From Squalus acanthias (taxonomy: Eukaryota), in the NCBI GenBank assembly GCA_030390025.1, contig CM059432.1, positions 6,324,001-6,388,000 on the forward strand: a stretch of DNA of 64,000 bases, in the 5' to 3' direction. Positions 22,101-34,740 of the stretch are shown here, in pieces; the stretch's first letter is position 1, and every line of letters starts with the position of its first letter. The notes under the pieces were generated by a model. It saw only the letters and a list, made by a program, of their open reading frames with translations, was not told where the DNA came from and ran no database searches. The position numbers were made by a program, and so were the translations under genes.

Positions 22101-23114
22101 GACCCTCAAGTTCCTCAGTATCTGTGTGAACAGTCCAAGAAGCACTTGGGAGAACTTTTCATCCTGGCCTGGCCTGCCCGGAGTTATTTCCAAGCCTCTT
22201 AACCAGCCCTGAGTAATTCCCTTCCAAGTCCTTCTCCACCTGTGGTTTCTCATCAGCTGCCGAGTTTGGCTCTGCTCCTGTGTCTGCAATTGACAAGTAC
22301 AGCCGGAGAGCTGAACTCAGCAACTGCTGATGTGAATGCCACAGGTGAAGAATGACTGACTGGTGAGAAGCTTTCTGGGCTGGGTGCCATGAATGGGACT
22401 TGTTGGGAATGGGACTGGCTGGGAATGGCTCGGGGCATGTCAAATTGGCCGTGGCGAATCGGTCGGGTTCTTCGAATTCGAGGCGGTGGAGCCAAAGTGC
22501 ACTGCAGCCAATTGAGCAGGGAAAATGAAGAACGAACCCACTCGATAATTAAAGTTTCAGCCAGTAGTCCAAATTTAAACCCCAGGCTCCCAACGGATGA
22601 GTAGCCCTCTCAGAGAAGATGCTTTTACAGGATTTTACAATGTAACCGGAAATTCTGAGTAATAATAACGTATTATTCTGAATTGTTTTTTTCCCCATGG
22701 GCTAGCAACATTAAAGATGGTGGTTCAAATTAATGCCGCAGGATTATTTGAGCATTTAGTTGGTTCCTGCTATTGCCAATTTGGGATTGGTAGCTTTCAA
22801 AATAAATTTGAGCAATCTGCAGAGTTTCTGCTGCTTATTCATTACTCATTGGCACTTGCTGGTTGAATGGAACAGTTTTTGCTTCATTCCTGTTTAGCCA
22901 ATTCAGTACTTAATTGGTGACTTAACAGATAAGACCTTAATTCAGCTACTCACTGAGTTTTACTGCCCTGAGACGTGATGCCTTTGAAAGGTGTGATCAA
23001 TGGATGCCTGCTCAAAACTAGACTTTTAATTATATCGACGTTTAGTACAGTATGGGGAAGGGTGTGTAGAGTGATCAGAATTTTAAAAAGAATGTTTGAA
23101 ATTAGTGCATATGT

Positions 23115-23570
23115 ACTAGATTGATTCCTGGAATGAGAGGGTTGTCCTATGAGGAGAGATTGAGTAGAATGGCCCTATACTCTCGGAGTTTAGAAGAATG
23201 AGAGGTGATCTCATTGAAACATATAAGATTCTGAGGGGGATTGACAGGGTAAATGCTGAGAGGTTGTTTCCCCCTGGCTGGAGAGTCTAGAACTAGGGGG
23301 TATAGTCTCAGCATAAGGGGTCGGCCATTTAAGACCGAGATGAGGAGGAATTTCTTCACTCAGAGGGTTGTGTACCTTTGGAATTCTCTACCCCAGAGGG
23401 CTGTGGATGCTGACTCGCTGAGATAGATAGATTTTTGTACTTTAGGGGAATCGAGGGGTATGGAGATCGGGCGGGAAAGTGGAGTTGAGGTCTAAGATCT
23501 TATTGAGTGGCGGAGCAGTCTCGAGGGGCCATATGGCCTACTACTCCTCCTAATGCTTATGTTTTTATAA
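23115..23570 (+). mobile_element. CR1 LINE 3' fragment
   Basis: Closely similar to 15016-15500. Confidence 0.9.
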
Positions 23571-24005
23571 CGATGACTTTCGAATGAATGAGAAAAATAT
23601 TTGATTTAATCCATTATTTAGTTGGGTCTAATTGATATTCATGAATTTATTTGTTTTAGCATGATTCTGTCCAATTAATATCGAAATTATCCCTTGAAGT
23701 AACTAATGCTGTTCCTTTAAATTAATGAATATACCCTCCAGAATGTTGTGTAAGCAAGGCTACAAAGTTTGGCAATCATGCCTATCTCATTTCTTTTATA
23801 TTTCCTGCTCTTATACTCTTTGTCACACAGTGACCAATGGCCAGTGATCACGAGTAACAATGTATTTTTGTTCGTAGTGTGAAATTCTTTACTCTGTAGT
23901 TTGGTAATAAAAAAAATTGCACCTCTGGAACATCAGCATATTGAGCAAGTTATTTCCCAGTGAACAAAACAGTTGGCTTAATTTCAATTTTGTTGCTTTT
24001 TTCAG

Positions 24006-24149
24006 GAGCTGAAGTTGCCATTCACTTTCTTGAGTGGACACATTCATGAGTTAAGGATTCACGTGCCATGGACAAAGTTGGGCTCCGAGCCCGTTGTCAT
24101 CACCATAAACACTATGGAATGCATCCTGAAGCTGAAGGATGATGCACAG
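24006..24149 (+). CDS. VPS13B: VPS13B second coding exon, ELKLPFTFLSGHIHELRIHVPWTKLGSEPVVITINTMECILKLKDDAQ
   Basis: tttttttcag acceptor, 144 nt, phase 0/0, CAG|GTGAGC donor; continues the VPS13B sequence in frame. Confidence 0.96.
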
Positions 24150-25629
24150 GTGAGCTAGCATTGGCTATTTGTTTGTGATGATATTTACAGTTTATCAAAT
24201 TTCTTGTCACTGCTGAGCTCCTGAATGTTAAGACTTTTAGTGAGAATTACATTTTAAAAGTACTGCCAGTTTTAAAACTAATTTATAAGCATGGATGGGC
24301 ATCAGGAACGTGTTTCAGCCTACAATGCGATTTACTGAAAGATGAGCTAATGAATATAACGACTGGGAACGATAGGTTTAGTAGAAAATTAATGTCAGTA
24401 ATGTTTGATTTCTTACTGATGTTACATGGTCTGATGATGAGTGAGGTCTGTTGGGATTTGTTTGAAATATTTGCAAATAATGTAGATTAACATCTTAACA
24501 AAGTTAGGAAAAATATTTTGTTTGGAATGGGATTGAAGATATATAGGGAACTGTAGAACTGTAGATAGAGTACGAGTTCAATGAAGATAATTATTCCTGT
24601 GCTGCCGGGACCATAGAAGTATCTGTGATGGAACCAGTCAGGGTTATATAATGGGGAGCTTAAGGTTAGACTGGTATTCTGGAATTTTCCTTAATTATCT
24701 TTGTTGGGGAGAAATTTAGCGTGACTTGCTCTCTGGAGATTAAATAAATCGGATAAGCTGTAAGTGATGTGTGGAATGACTGCTGACTAGCATAGGTGAT
24801 TTTTTTTCTTCTTTCATGTATCATAATTTGAAATCTGGATAGACCAGGAATTAGGAGCAGAGTAGTTTAATTGAAATGAAGTAGGTGAAAACGTAACTAT
24901 AACTTAACTAACATTGTAGTAAGAATGGCCACACAGGAAGGGACAGTGATGGAGGTTGCTGCAGGGTGTGGGGGGTTTTGAAGAGCAGAACTGGTTGCGG
25001 ACATCAAGTTTCTCTAACTGTAATTACTTCAGATGAAGATCTCAGAAATTGAGGCTGAAGACAATCTGACACATCAGGGAGGGAGAGAGCTTTTTCGAGC
25101 ACGAATGTCAGAGTAGTCACCCTGCTGAGAAAGCAAGCTTCAAGTGGTAGAAGAAGGAGTGGCGACTATACACAGGTCAGGGATAAGTGAGGAGGAACAG
25201 CCAGAGCAGATTATCCTCACCAATAAATCTGAAGCACTTGCTTCCTGTGGGGAGGATGGGCAGGACCATCAAATGGATTACAAATGCACTAAGAAAAACA
25301 GGTTCAAGAGTGGCAGGTTAGCAATTCAGTTTGGAATGCAGTAATAATGGACTTGAGGGGCAGACACTATCTTTTGCAGTCCAGACCGAGAGTCCCGGAT
25401 GCTAGGGTAAGGGACATTTCAGAAAGACTGGAAAAGATTATGGAAGGGGAGAGAAAACAGCCAGCTATCATGGTCCATGTGGGAGCCAATGATGTAGGAA
25501 AAGAAAGGCCTGAAGTCCTGCAAAAGGAGTTGAGATTATAAAACTGACTTAAGGAGAAGGATTTCAAAGGCGGTAATCTTTGGATTCCTCCCCTAGCCAT
25601 GTGCTAGAATAGGGAAGGATAGGAAAATT

Positions 25630-26490
25630 AAAGAAAGAACCCGCATTTATATAGCGCTTTTCACAACCTCAGAACGGTCCAAAGGACTTTAAAGCCAATT
25701 CAGTATTTTTGAAGTGTAGTCACTGTTGTAATGAAAGGAAACATGGCAGCCAATTTGCGCACAGCAAGATCACACAAACAGCAATGAGATAATGACCAGA
25801 TAATCTGTTTTAGTGATCTTGGTTGAGGGATAAATGTTGGCCCGGTCACCAGGGAGAACTCCCATATTATTCTTCGAAACCTCGAGATGTGACCATTCCA
25901 ACGGACTCCTGGCCGGCCTCCCATCTTCCACCCTCTGTAAACTTGAGGTCGTTCAAAACTCTGCTGCCCGTGTCCTAACTTGCACCAAGCCCTATTCACC
26001 CATCATCCCTGTGCTCGCTGACTGACATTGGTTTCCGGTTAAGGTTAGCCTCGAGTTTTAAAATTCTCATCCTTGTTCTCAAACCCTTCCATGGCCTCTC
26101 CCCTCCCTATCTCTGTAATCTCCTCCAGCCCTACAACCCTCAGATATCTGCGCTTCTCTAATTCTGGCCTCTTGCGCATTCCCGGATTTTAATCGCTCCA
26201 CCATTGGTGGCCATGCCTTCAGCTGCCAAGGCCCTAAGCTCTTAACCTCTCTACCTTTCATTTTTTCCTTGAGGACGCTCCTTAAAAACCTACCACATCT
26301 GCCCTAATGTCTCCTTATGTGGCTCGGTGTCAGATTTTGTTTGATAATCGCTCCTGTGAAGCGCCTTGGGACGTTTTGCTATGTGAAAGGTGCTATATAA
26401 ATGCAAGTTGCTGTTGTAATGCCATGGGATCTTTTACGTCCACCTGAGAGAGCAGACGGGGCCTTGGATTAATGTCTCTTCCGGAAAGAC
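25630..26490 (-). mobile_element. DeuSINE split by an L2 insertion
   Basis: SINE sequence stops at ~25878 and resumes at ~26419 (gccatgggatcttttacgtccacc). Confidence 0.8.
25879..26418 (+). mobile_element. L2 LINE 3' fragment
   Basis: SNGLLAGLPSSTLCKLEVVQNSAARVLT...PIIPVLAD; tail aaggtgctatataaatgcaagttgctgttg. Confidence 0.85.
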
Positions 26491-27126
26491 AGGGCTCAAC
26501 ACATGTCAGGAAGAGTGTTTCCCTTTTCTGGGGGACATCAGCACCAGTTCTGGGGAAGATTGGAGCTATTCCTTGAGGATGGGCTTTATCTGAACAGAAG
26601 GGAGCTAATAGACTGGCAAAATGAAGTCAAGGTGAACTGGGAAAATAAAATAATCAGAAAAAGCAAGTAGAGAAGGTCAAAATAGGTGAAGTTAAAATGC
26701 AAATAAAAAGACTTTAGCAAATGAGACAGAAGGGATAAAGGGAGGAGGAAAATCAAATTGTTCAGTTATAAGTAGGGAAAAGACTGAGGTAAAATAATGA
26801 GGAGCTAGCTTAGACAAAAAATAAGGGGAAATAAGTAGCATTAAATACAGCTAAAATGTTGAAGGGCATGTATTGCAGTGTTCAGAGTGTGGGAAATAAA
26901 CTGGTGGAATTAGAAGCAACAGGCAGGTAAAGATTTAATAGCACAAACAGATACTTGTTTGCAATCTGGTTCGGAGTGTAAAATATATATTGGGTTACAA
27001 TATATTTAGGAAAGACAGAATAGGTAAGGAAGGAGGGAATACGTGCTGTAGAGAGGACTCATGTATACAAAAAAAATCAGAGTTAAAGATAAAAGATTGT
27101 TACGTTGGGCTGCAGTACAATCCCAC

Positions 27127-27266
27127 TAATGTTCCTTCTAATTTATTTTTGGGATGCGCGGCCCCTTTAACGGGCCCATTCAAAATTCCGCGCATGCGTT
27201 TTTTTTCCTTTTAAAAGCTGGCTGCGTGGGATCTCCAGAGTGCTGTGTGGCCTAAAGGAAACATTG
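27127..27266. mobile_element. Possible small hAT-like MITE
   Basis: Imperfect TIR taatgttccttcta / taaaggaaacattg; no clear 8-bp TSD. Confidence 0.35.
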
Positions 27267-27661
27267 CTGTAGACCATATAATTAAGGACAGAAATGGAAA
27301 GAGAAATCTGTAGACAGATCAGGGAGATGAGTAGGAATAATAAAATTATTGTTCGAGGAGATTTTAATTGCCCACTCATTGATTGGGACGGGAGGAATAA
27401 ACAGAGAAAAGTGAATGAAATTCCAAATTTTAACATTCAAAGATGGAGCCTTATGATTTCGCACACCAGATTATCAAGCGGAAGGCCCTATTGCTTATTA
27501 TTTTTCAGCAGTTTATTATTTTTATCTCGTTGGAGCCGTTTGTCTTTTTTAAGTTGAAAAACATAGCACAGGTCTGCAATAGTTCAGTTGAACTGTTCTC
27601 CATTTTGTGATATGGCATATTATGGTAGCATTTTTAGGAGGCCTGGTTCCACATTATTTTT

Positions 27662-28135
27662 AACATAAGAACATAAGAATTAGGAACAGGAGTAGGCCAT
27701 ACAGCTCCATGAGCCTGCTCCGCCATTCAGTAAGATCATGGCTGATCTTCGACCTCAACTCCACTTTCCCGCCCGATCTCCATATCCATTGATTCACCTC
27801 GAGTCCAAAAATCAATCTATCTCAGCCTTGAATGTACTCAACGATACAGATTCCACGGCCCTTTGGGGTAGAGAATGCCAAAGTTTCACAAGCCTCTGAG
27901 TGAAGAAATTCCTCCTCATCTCAGTCTTAAATATCCTGATACTTTGCCCCCTAGTTCTAGACTCTCCAGCCAGGGGAAACAACCTCCCAGCATCTACCCT
28001 CTCAATCCCCCTCAGAATCTTGTATGTTTCAATGAGATCACCTCTCATTCTTCTAAACTCCGAGAGTATAGGCCCAATCTACTCCATCTCTCCTCATAGT
28101 GCAACCCTCTCATCCCAGGAATCAATCTAGTGAGC
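27662..28135 (-). mobile_element. CR1 LINE 3' fragment
   Basis: ORF 27812-28048; part duplicated at ~28420-28553. Confidence 0.88.
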
Positions 28136-29404
28136 CATTTTTACACTTCAGCACTGTACAATGCTAAAATGTATGCAGGACTCCTTCCTCAAGCAGTATG
28201 TTTGTATGCCTACAAGGGAGAGGTATTGCTGGATCCAATTGTAAGCAATGAAATGGATTAGGTAGATAAGTTTAACGTGGGTGTGCACCTCAGGGTAGTG
28301 ATCATAATAAAATATAGTTTAAAAGTTCAAATAGAAAGGGAGAAAGTTAGTACAAAAACAAGGGCACCAGATTGGTTTCGGTCAGATGTTAGAAAGATGT
28401 GCACTGAGCTACCTTAGATGTTACCCTGTTAATTCCCCTCAGAATCTTATGTTTCAATGAGATCGCCTCTCATTCTTCTAAACTCCACAGCGTATAGGCC
28501 CACTCTACTCCATCTCTCCTCATAGTGCAACCCTCTCATCCCAGGGATCAATCAAAGAGAAATTGGCACAAAGGACTGCAAATCAACAATGGGACACTTT
28601 TTTAAAAAGGAGATTGCAAAGGTGTGAAATAAATATATGCTGTTATAAAGGAGACAGCCTTGAGTTTTGGGATTCCACGGATGAATAAAGAGTTTGGAAA
28701 CAAACTGAAGTTGAAGAGGGTATATGGGGCATTTGGCATAAGAATAAGAGAGAATATGAGAAAAATAAGGAAAGAGGCTAAGAGAGACAATATGGGGAGA
28801 ATCTTAAAAAATGTTAAAATAACAGTAAAATATTCTCCGAATAAATCAGTAAAGTAAGAATCGTTAAGTGTGCTGTGGAACCCCCGAGAGGAGAAGATAG
28901 TGAGTTAGTAAAGGATAAAGCGGCGGGGATACTTGACAAGTATTTTATATCAGTGTTTACCAAAGAGTAGGATATTGGTTACAAGTGACATGAGGATTAA
29001 TAAATGCTGTAAAAGGAAAGTATTAGAAAAGTTAGTTAAGCTAAAGCTGAGACCTGACGGGATACACACAAAGGTCCTGCGGGAAATGCCGATGAGCTAA
29101 CTTGAGTAACTACAGGTCAGTCAGTTTAACATACGTGGTAGAGAAAACTTTGGAGTCTTTAAGAAGGATGAAATTATTAAATGTCTAGATGAAGAGAAAA
29201 TAATTAGAAGCAGCCAGCACGGATTTCAGGAAGGAAGATCATGTTTGACAAATCTTCGAGGAGGTGACAGATATGGTGGATGGAAGAAATGCAGTGGATA
29301 TAGTGAACATAGACTTTCAGAAAACTTTTGACAAGACGCTAATGGAGAAGATTGCAGGGTATGGAGTTTGGGGAAAGGTAGCGAATTGGATTAAAAACTG
29401 GTTA

Positions 29405-29708
29405 CAACAAGAACAACTTGCATTTATATAGCGCCGTTAATGCAGTAAAATGTCCCAAGGCGCTTCACAGGAGCGTTACCAAACAAAATTTGACATTGAG
29501 CCAAACAAGGGGATATTAGTGCAACTGATCCAAGCTTGGTCAAAGAGGTAGGCTTTAAGAAGCGTCTTAAAGGAGGAGAGAGAGGCGGAGAGGTTTAGGG
29601 AGAGAATTTCAGAGCTTAGGGCCGAGGTAGCTAAAGGCATGGCTGCGAGTGCTGGAGCGTTTAAAATCGGGGATGTGCAAGAGGCCAGAATTGGAGGAGC
29701 GCAGAGAT
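29405..29708 (-). mobile_element. L2 LINE 3' fragment
   Basis: Reverse complement of the 26130-26418 tail. Confidence 0.8.
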
Positions 29709-29711
29709 TAA

Positions 29712-30514
29712 GGGGGCGATTTTGCCAGCCCTGGGGAGGCGGGACTGCCGGGAAAATGGCAGAATCTGGGAGTGGGTACCCATCCCGCCCCCAACCCGCC
29801 TCCGTGCCATCTTCCCAGGAGGCGGGTACCCGACCCGCGCCGGGTCCCGTGTCCTCGAGGCGGAAAGGGGATTGGTGCCAATTAACTGCCTGTTAACAGG
29901 TAGTTAACGGGCAGTTTTTTGGCTAATCCCTATTTTGCCACCTAAAGTGTGGGCTTCCCGACGGCAGCGAGGTGAGCCGTGGGTCTGTGGGGGTCAGAGG
30001 GGCCGAAAAGTGCGCTGTGCAGGTGAGTGATGAGTGCAAGTGTGGAGAGGTAAGTGTGTGAGGTGAGTGTAGAGTGTTTTAATAAGATTACTTACCTTTG
30101 CTTCTTCCTCCAGGCTTCATCCCTTTAGGCTGCGGAGCTGCCTCATCTCACTAGCAGAGAAAGCAGAATGGCCGCTGCATTCTTAAATGCAGCAGCCTTC
30201 TGCTTTCTGCTTAGGAAAGCTTTCTAATTGAGTCTTGAGTAAAGGACTCCACTTAGAAGACAGATTGTCAGTGTTTAACAGCTTCACAGAGCTGTCAAAC
30301 GATGACAATTCATCTGTCAAAAATTTTTGACAGATGAAACGTCATACGCTGACGTTCTCTGTCACCGGCTGTCCCTTAATTGGCCTGCTAAGCCCGCCCC
30401 AAGGTCAATCGAGGGAAGATAGCGTGGGTTGGCCGGACGTCGATGGAGGCAGGACTAAAACCCGTCAAGCAGCAGTCCCGCCTCCATCACGTCCCCATTG
30501 GCAAAATCACCCCC
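29712..30514. mobile_element. Harbinger/PIF-like MITE
   Basis: TIR gggggcgattttgcca / tggcaaaatcaccccc (16 bp, 1 mismatch), TAA duplicated on both sides, internal palindromes. Confidence 0.85.
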
Positions 30515-31057
30515 TAAGTGTTATGGGCAGTTACTCAGAGTTGATAGAAGTGGATAGTGGTGACCCACAGGGTTCTGTTCTGGACCACTTCTGTTTAATG
30601 TGTAAATCAATGATTTGGATATCGGGCTAGAGTGAGTAGTGTCCATATTTGCAGATTACACTAAAATAGGTGGTGTAGTAAATAATTCTAAGGATCAAAC
30701 TAGCTATAAGGGGGGTATTAATAAGTTGAGGGCAAACAAGTGGCAGGTGGAATTCCATGTCAGCAAGTGTGAGATAGATTTTGATTAATAAAAGTAATGA
30801 TTCTTTGGGGGAAGGTTGGGGTGATGTGGAAGCGAAGAGGGATTTGGGCGATCAAATTCACAAGGCTTTAAAAGCTGCAAGTCGATATAATGACATACTG
30901 GGTTTTATGGCAAGAGGTATAGGATATACAAGTTCAGAAATAATGGTGAATCGCTATAAAACCTTCGTAAGACCACAGTTAGAGAAGTGCTGTGTGCCGT
31001 TTTATGCTCCACACTATGGCTGTAAGGCTGTTGAATGCACTACTGGAGTTGGTGATT

Positions 31058-31518
31058 GAAGAAGACTTGCATTTATATAGCGCCTTTTGCAACCACCGGA
31101 CGTCCCAAAGCACTTTACAGCCAATGAAGTACTTTTTTATTGAAGTGTAGTCACTGTTGTAATGTGGGAAACACAGCAAAGCAAACTCCCACAAACAGCA
31201 ACGTGATAATGACCAGATAATTTGTTTTAGCGATGTTGATTGATGGATAAATATTGGCCAGGACACTGGGGATAACTCCCCTGCTCTTCTTCAAAATAGT
31301 GCCATGGAATCTTTTACGTCCACCTGAGAGAGCAGACGGGGTGGGGCCTTGGTTTAACGTCTCATCTGAAAGACGGCACCTCCGACAGTGCAGCACTCCC
31401 TCAGCACTGCACTGGAGAGTCAGCCTAGATATTTGTGCTCAAGTTTCTGGAGTGGGACTTGAACCCACAACCTTCCGCCTCAGAGGCAAGGGTGCTACCA
31501 ACTGAGCCACTGGCTGAT
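31058..31518 (-). mobile_element. DeuSINE (SacSINE1-like), full length
   Basis: Complete head-to-tail match to the family. Confidence 0.9.
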
Positions 31519-34134
31519 GAAGCAGAGACCATGTCAACATTTAGAATATATGATATAACTGGTTGAAGGGATGGGTAAGAAAGGGATATTGGAACGGGGC
31601 AGCCACTTGCGATTCGGACTGCTGCTTGTGTGAAGGATAAACGGCAACATGGACTGGTTGGGCCAAATGGCCTATTGCTATGTTGTAATTTCTATATCAT
31701 TCTGTGCAGTTTTATGTAGGTTCATGCACTGGACATGATTACAATATAAACTGGCTGCGAGTATTTCAACCGTAGCTGCATTCCACGGTAGTGGTTTTTT
31801 TCTAGTCACAATTAGTTTACAGAAAAGAAAAGCGAAATGGTAACGCCCTTGGATATTTCAAAAGTGTTGAGCAATTTATTAAATATAAATATTCACTAAA
31901 CAAGAAATTGTGGCCATAGATCCTAATAATATTTTGCCCACAGAGATCACAGAAATCTTCCAAGTTTGCCCTGTCCCCTGTTGCACATTCTCCTCCCTTT
32001 GCACATTTCTACCCTTTGCCTTCCTTATGCTGCTGTATATTTTCACGTGCACTAGGCAGGTGGCCATTGTTCCTGAACTTGAATAGAAAGTTGGAGACAC
32101 AGTCTGGTTCCCTTCGCTTGATTATGGCACACAGATGCAAACTTATTATGGAAAGAAAAAGAATACATTCAAATTTAGTGGAGTGGTGGCAAGTTATAAT
32201 TGGAGGTAATTCATTTGTGTTTCCTACACAAAATATCGTGTGAAAGGTCATTGGTGTAAAAGCTCATTGTTTGGAACTGCTGTTTCTCAGCAGTGTTATA
32301 ATTGCTGTGCTGCTGATTTCTTAATAAACACACGAATGGCTTTTGCATAGTTTTAAAAATCCGTCGCATTTGATCATGGCTCGATGTTTTGGTTCAATTG
32401 TTGTTGTACTTGAATATCGTATGCTGCCACTAGCTTAATTTTTGTATGGAAAAATTGAAATCTCACTGTATATAATGTAAACATTTTTCATGCACGTGAT
32501 CCGAGCCCGAAATGATACTGCAGTGAATTTGTACACGTTTGTTCAAATGTTTAAAATTTGACAAGAAAGTGGGAATTTGACTTCTGGATTTTTTTTTAAA
32601 GCGGCGGTTTCTGGTAGAAAGCATGCCACCCGTGAAGCCAGGGCTGTTGGAAAACAGTTTTTTGCACAAAAAAAACCTATTTGAGATACTGAGTACTTCA
32701 GTGTGAAGGTGAACGTTTCAAGGCCAGATGTCCCAAGAGAAGCCCATTTTTGGTGAAGCCAATTATAGATAAATATACAGGCAGCAGAAATAGATTTGGA
32801 ACATATGACTTTGAACATTACAGAACCATCGTTTGATCTTGTACCATACAGATGGCTACTGGCATAAAGATCAGGTTTCCTCCTCGCAGAGAAAATTTGA
32901 ACTTGAATTTAGTGCCGCATACAGTGTTGGATCAAAGGTCAACAAAGTAGAAAACTCTAAACACAAGTATTTGTTACAGATGTTTTAAAACTCTTGCTTA
33001 ACGTTTGAGTTTGGAAAATTGCTTATGACGTTTGGACAAATTATCCAGTGGTATGCACATCCCCAGAGGCTAATGACTGGGTCTTGCCAGTGCTTGACTT
33101 CTTCCCTCTCCACCCCTGCACCCCCCCCCACACACACTTTTTTTTGGGAAGGGATATGTCAAATCTATTTTTTTGTCTTGGGACTTTAGAGACTGTTCAA
33201 ATATTTTATGCAAGATTATTTTCTTTTCATTAAATTTATTTCAGAGCGCAATTTGTATATTATTTTTCTCCGTCTCCTGAGCTGCCCTTCTCTTTCCCCG
33301 CCCTGCACTGGACATTCAGTTTGTCTGAGAGACTGAACCTTTTCCATGGTTATTGTCCTCTGTTGCTGAATTGTCGAGCCTTTTTTCTTTATGCCTGCTT
33401 AGGATGGTATGGTTGGGAATGATCATTTTATGTGTTGGCGACTGCAGGAGTGGCATCTTGTGGTATAATGTGTTTGAATGCCAATGTGCAATATTGCGAA
33501 GGGAAAATTAAAAGTGAGGGATCTTAATGCTGGTGAATGGAGACTTTTACTTTCGGCACAAAGTGCCAGCATCAAATAGACGGAGGTCAAGTATAGCACG
33601 GTCCAGATGTAGAGTAAAATTCCTTGACATTTTCCCCAACAATTGTCAACTTCAGAAGAGGACGTCATTCTGTACCAGTGTTAATTTTTCCACTTTCTGA
33701 ACCAGTGATCTTAATAGCCTCCCTATGTGAGATTGTCAGGATGGAATTGTGAATAGCTTTGTGCTTGTGGCTCTGTGACTATTACAGGTCCTGAGTTAGG
33801 ACTGACCAAACTCATTATGTTCCTATCGAAGAGCCGACTTTCATTCCATTAATCTGACTGCTTTAATCCCAGGTTTTAGGGGTGATAGAACACAGTTCTA
33901 ACCCAGCCTCTTAAAATTTGTTGTGTGAAGATTTATGAAAATCTTCAGATTATTCTTAATTATTGGAAGTTTATATTTTGCAGACCTTCTAAATAAGCAA
34001 TGGTCTGCAGTTAAGTCTATTAAAGTTTGTCTTCAGTGTAAGATTTCAGTCCACAGTATATCTTCCTCAGGATCCAAAGTCAAGTTGATATTTTTTGTTT
34101 AAAAAAAAAGTATCCATTACAGTATCAGTATAGA

Positions 34135-34143
34135 TGTCAATCT

Positions 34144-34183
<40 letters not shown>

Positions 34184-34452
34184 AGATATGAAAGATCCCA
34201 TGACACTTTGAAGAAGAGCAGGGTAGTTCTCGACGGTGTCCTGGCAATTATTTATCCCTTAACCAACATCACTAAAACAAATTATCTGGTTGTTATCTCA
34301 TAGCTATTTGTGGAAGCTTGCTGTTCACAGATTAGTTGCTGCGTTTACTACATTACAACAGTACCTACATTTCAAAAGTACTTAATTGATTGTAAAGCAC
34401 TTTGGGACATCTTGAAGTCACGAAAGGCACGATATAAATGCAAGTTCTTTCT
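34135..34452 (+). mobile_element. DeuSINE with internal deletion
   Basis: Head tggctcagtgggtagcactcttgcctctgagtcagaagg joined directly to the central domain. Confidence 0.8.
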
Positions 34453-34740
34453 TACTTGGAATACTGTGATTTGATTATTGCAGCCTGTGCAGACACTTGG
34501 GTCCCTTTCCATCCTTTCTACAGTTGAATCTAGAGTTTGAACGAGGCACACGATACATAAATTAAGTGCTTTGTGCATTGCACTTAACCTTGATTTGTAT
34601 TTTCTTTTAAGCTAAAAATATCAAATTGATTTTCATAAGATTGAGAACAAATGGAACTTAAGTTTCTTGCAGGCTGAAAAGTTTCAAACTCTGATTTGTT
34701 TAGTTTGAAAATGACGCTGTTGAAATTTCACTTAGGGTCA

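Larger units (their letters stand above)
24880..31700 (+). mobile_element. Old near-full-length CR1 LINE fragmented by many nested insertions
   Basis: ORF1 esterase-like VHVGANDVG (25347-25541), APE pieces 26850-27460, RT pieces SQHGFQEGRSCLTNL (~29210) and SGDPQGSVL (~30555), tail ~31640-31700, all colinear on +. Confidence 0.7.
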
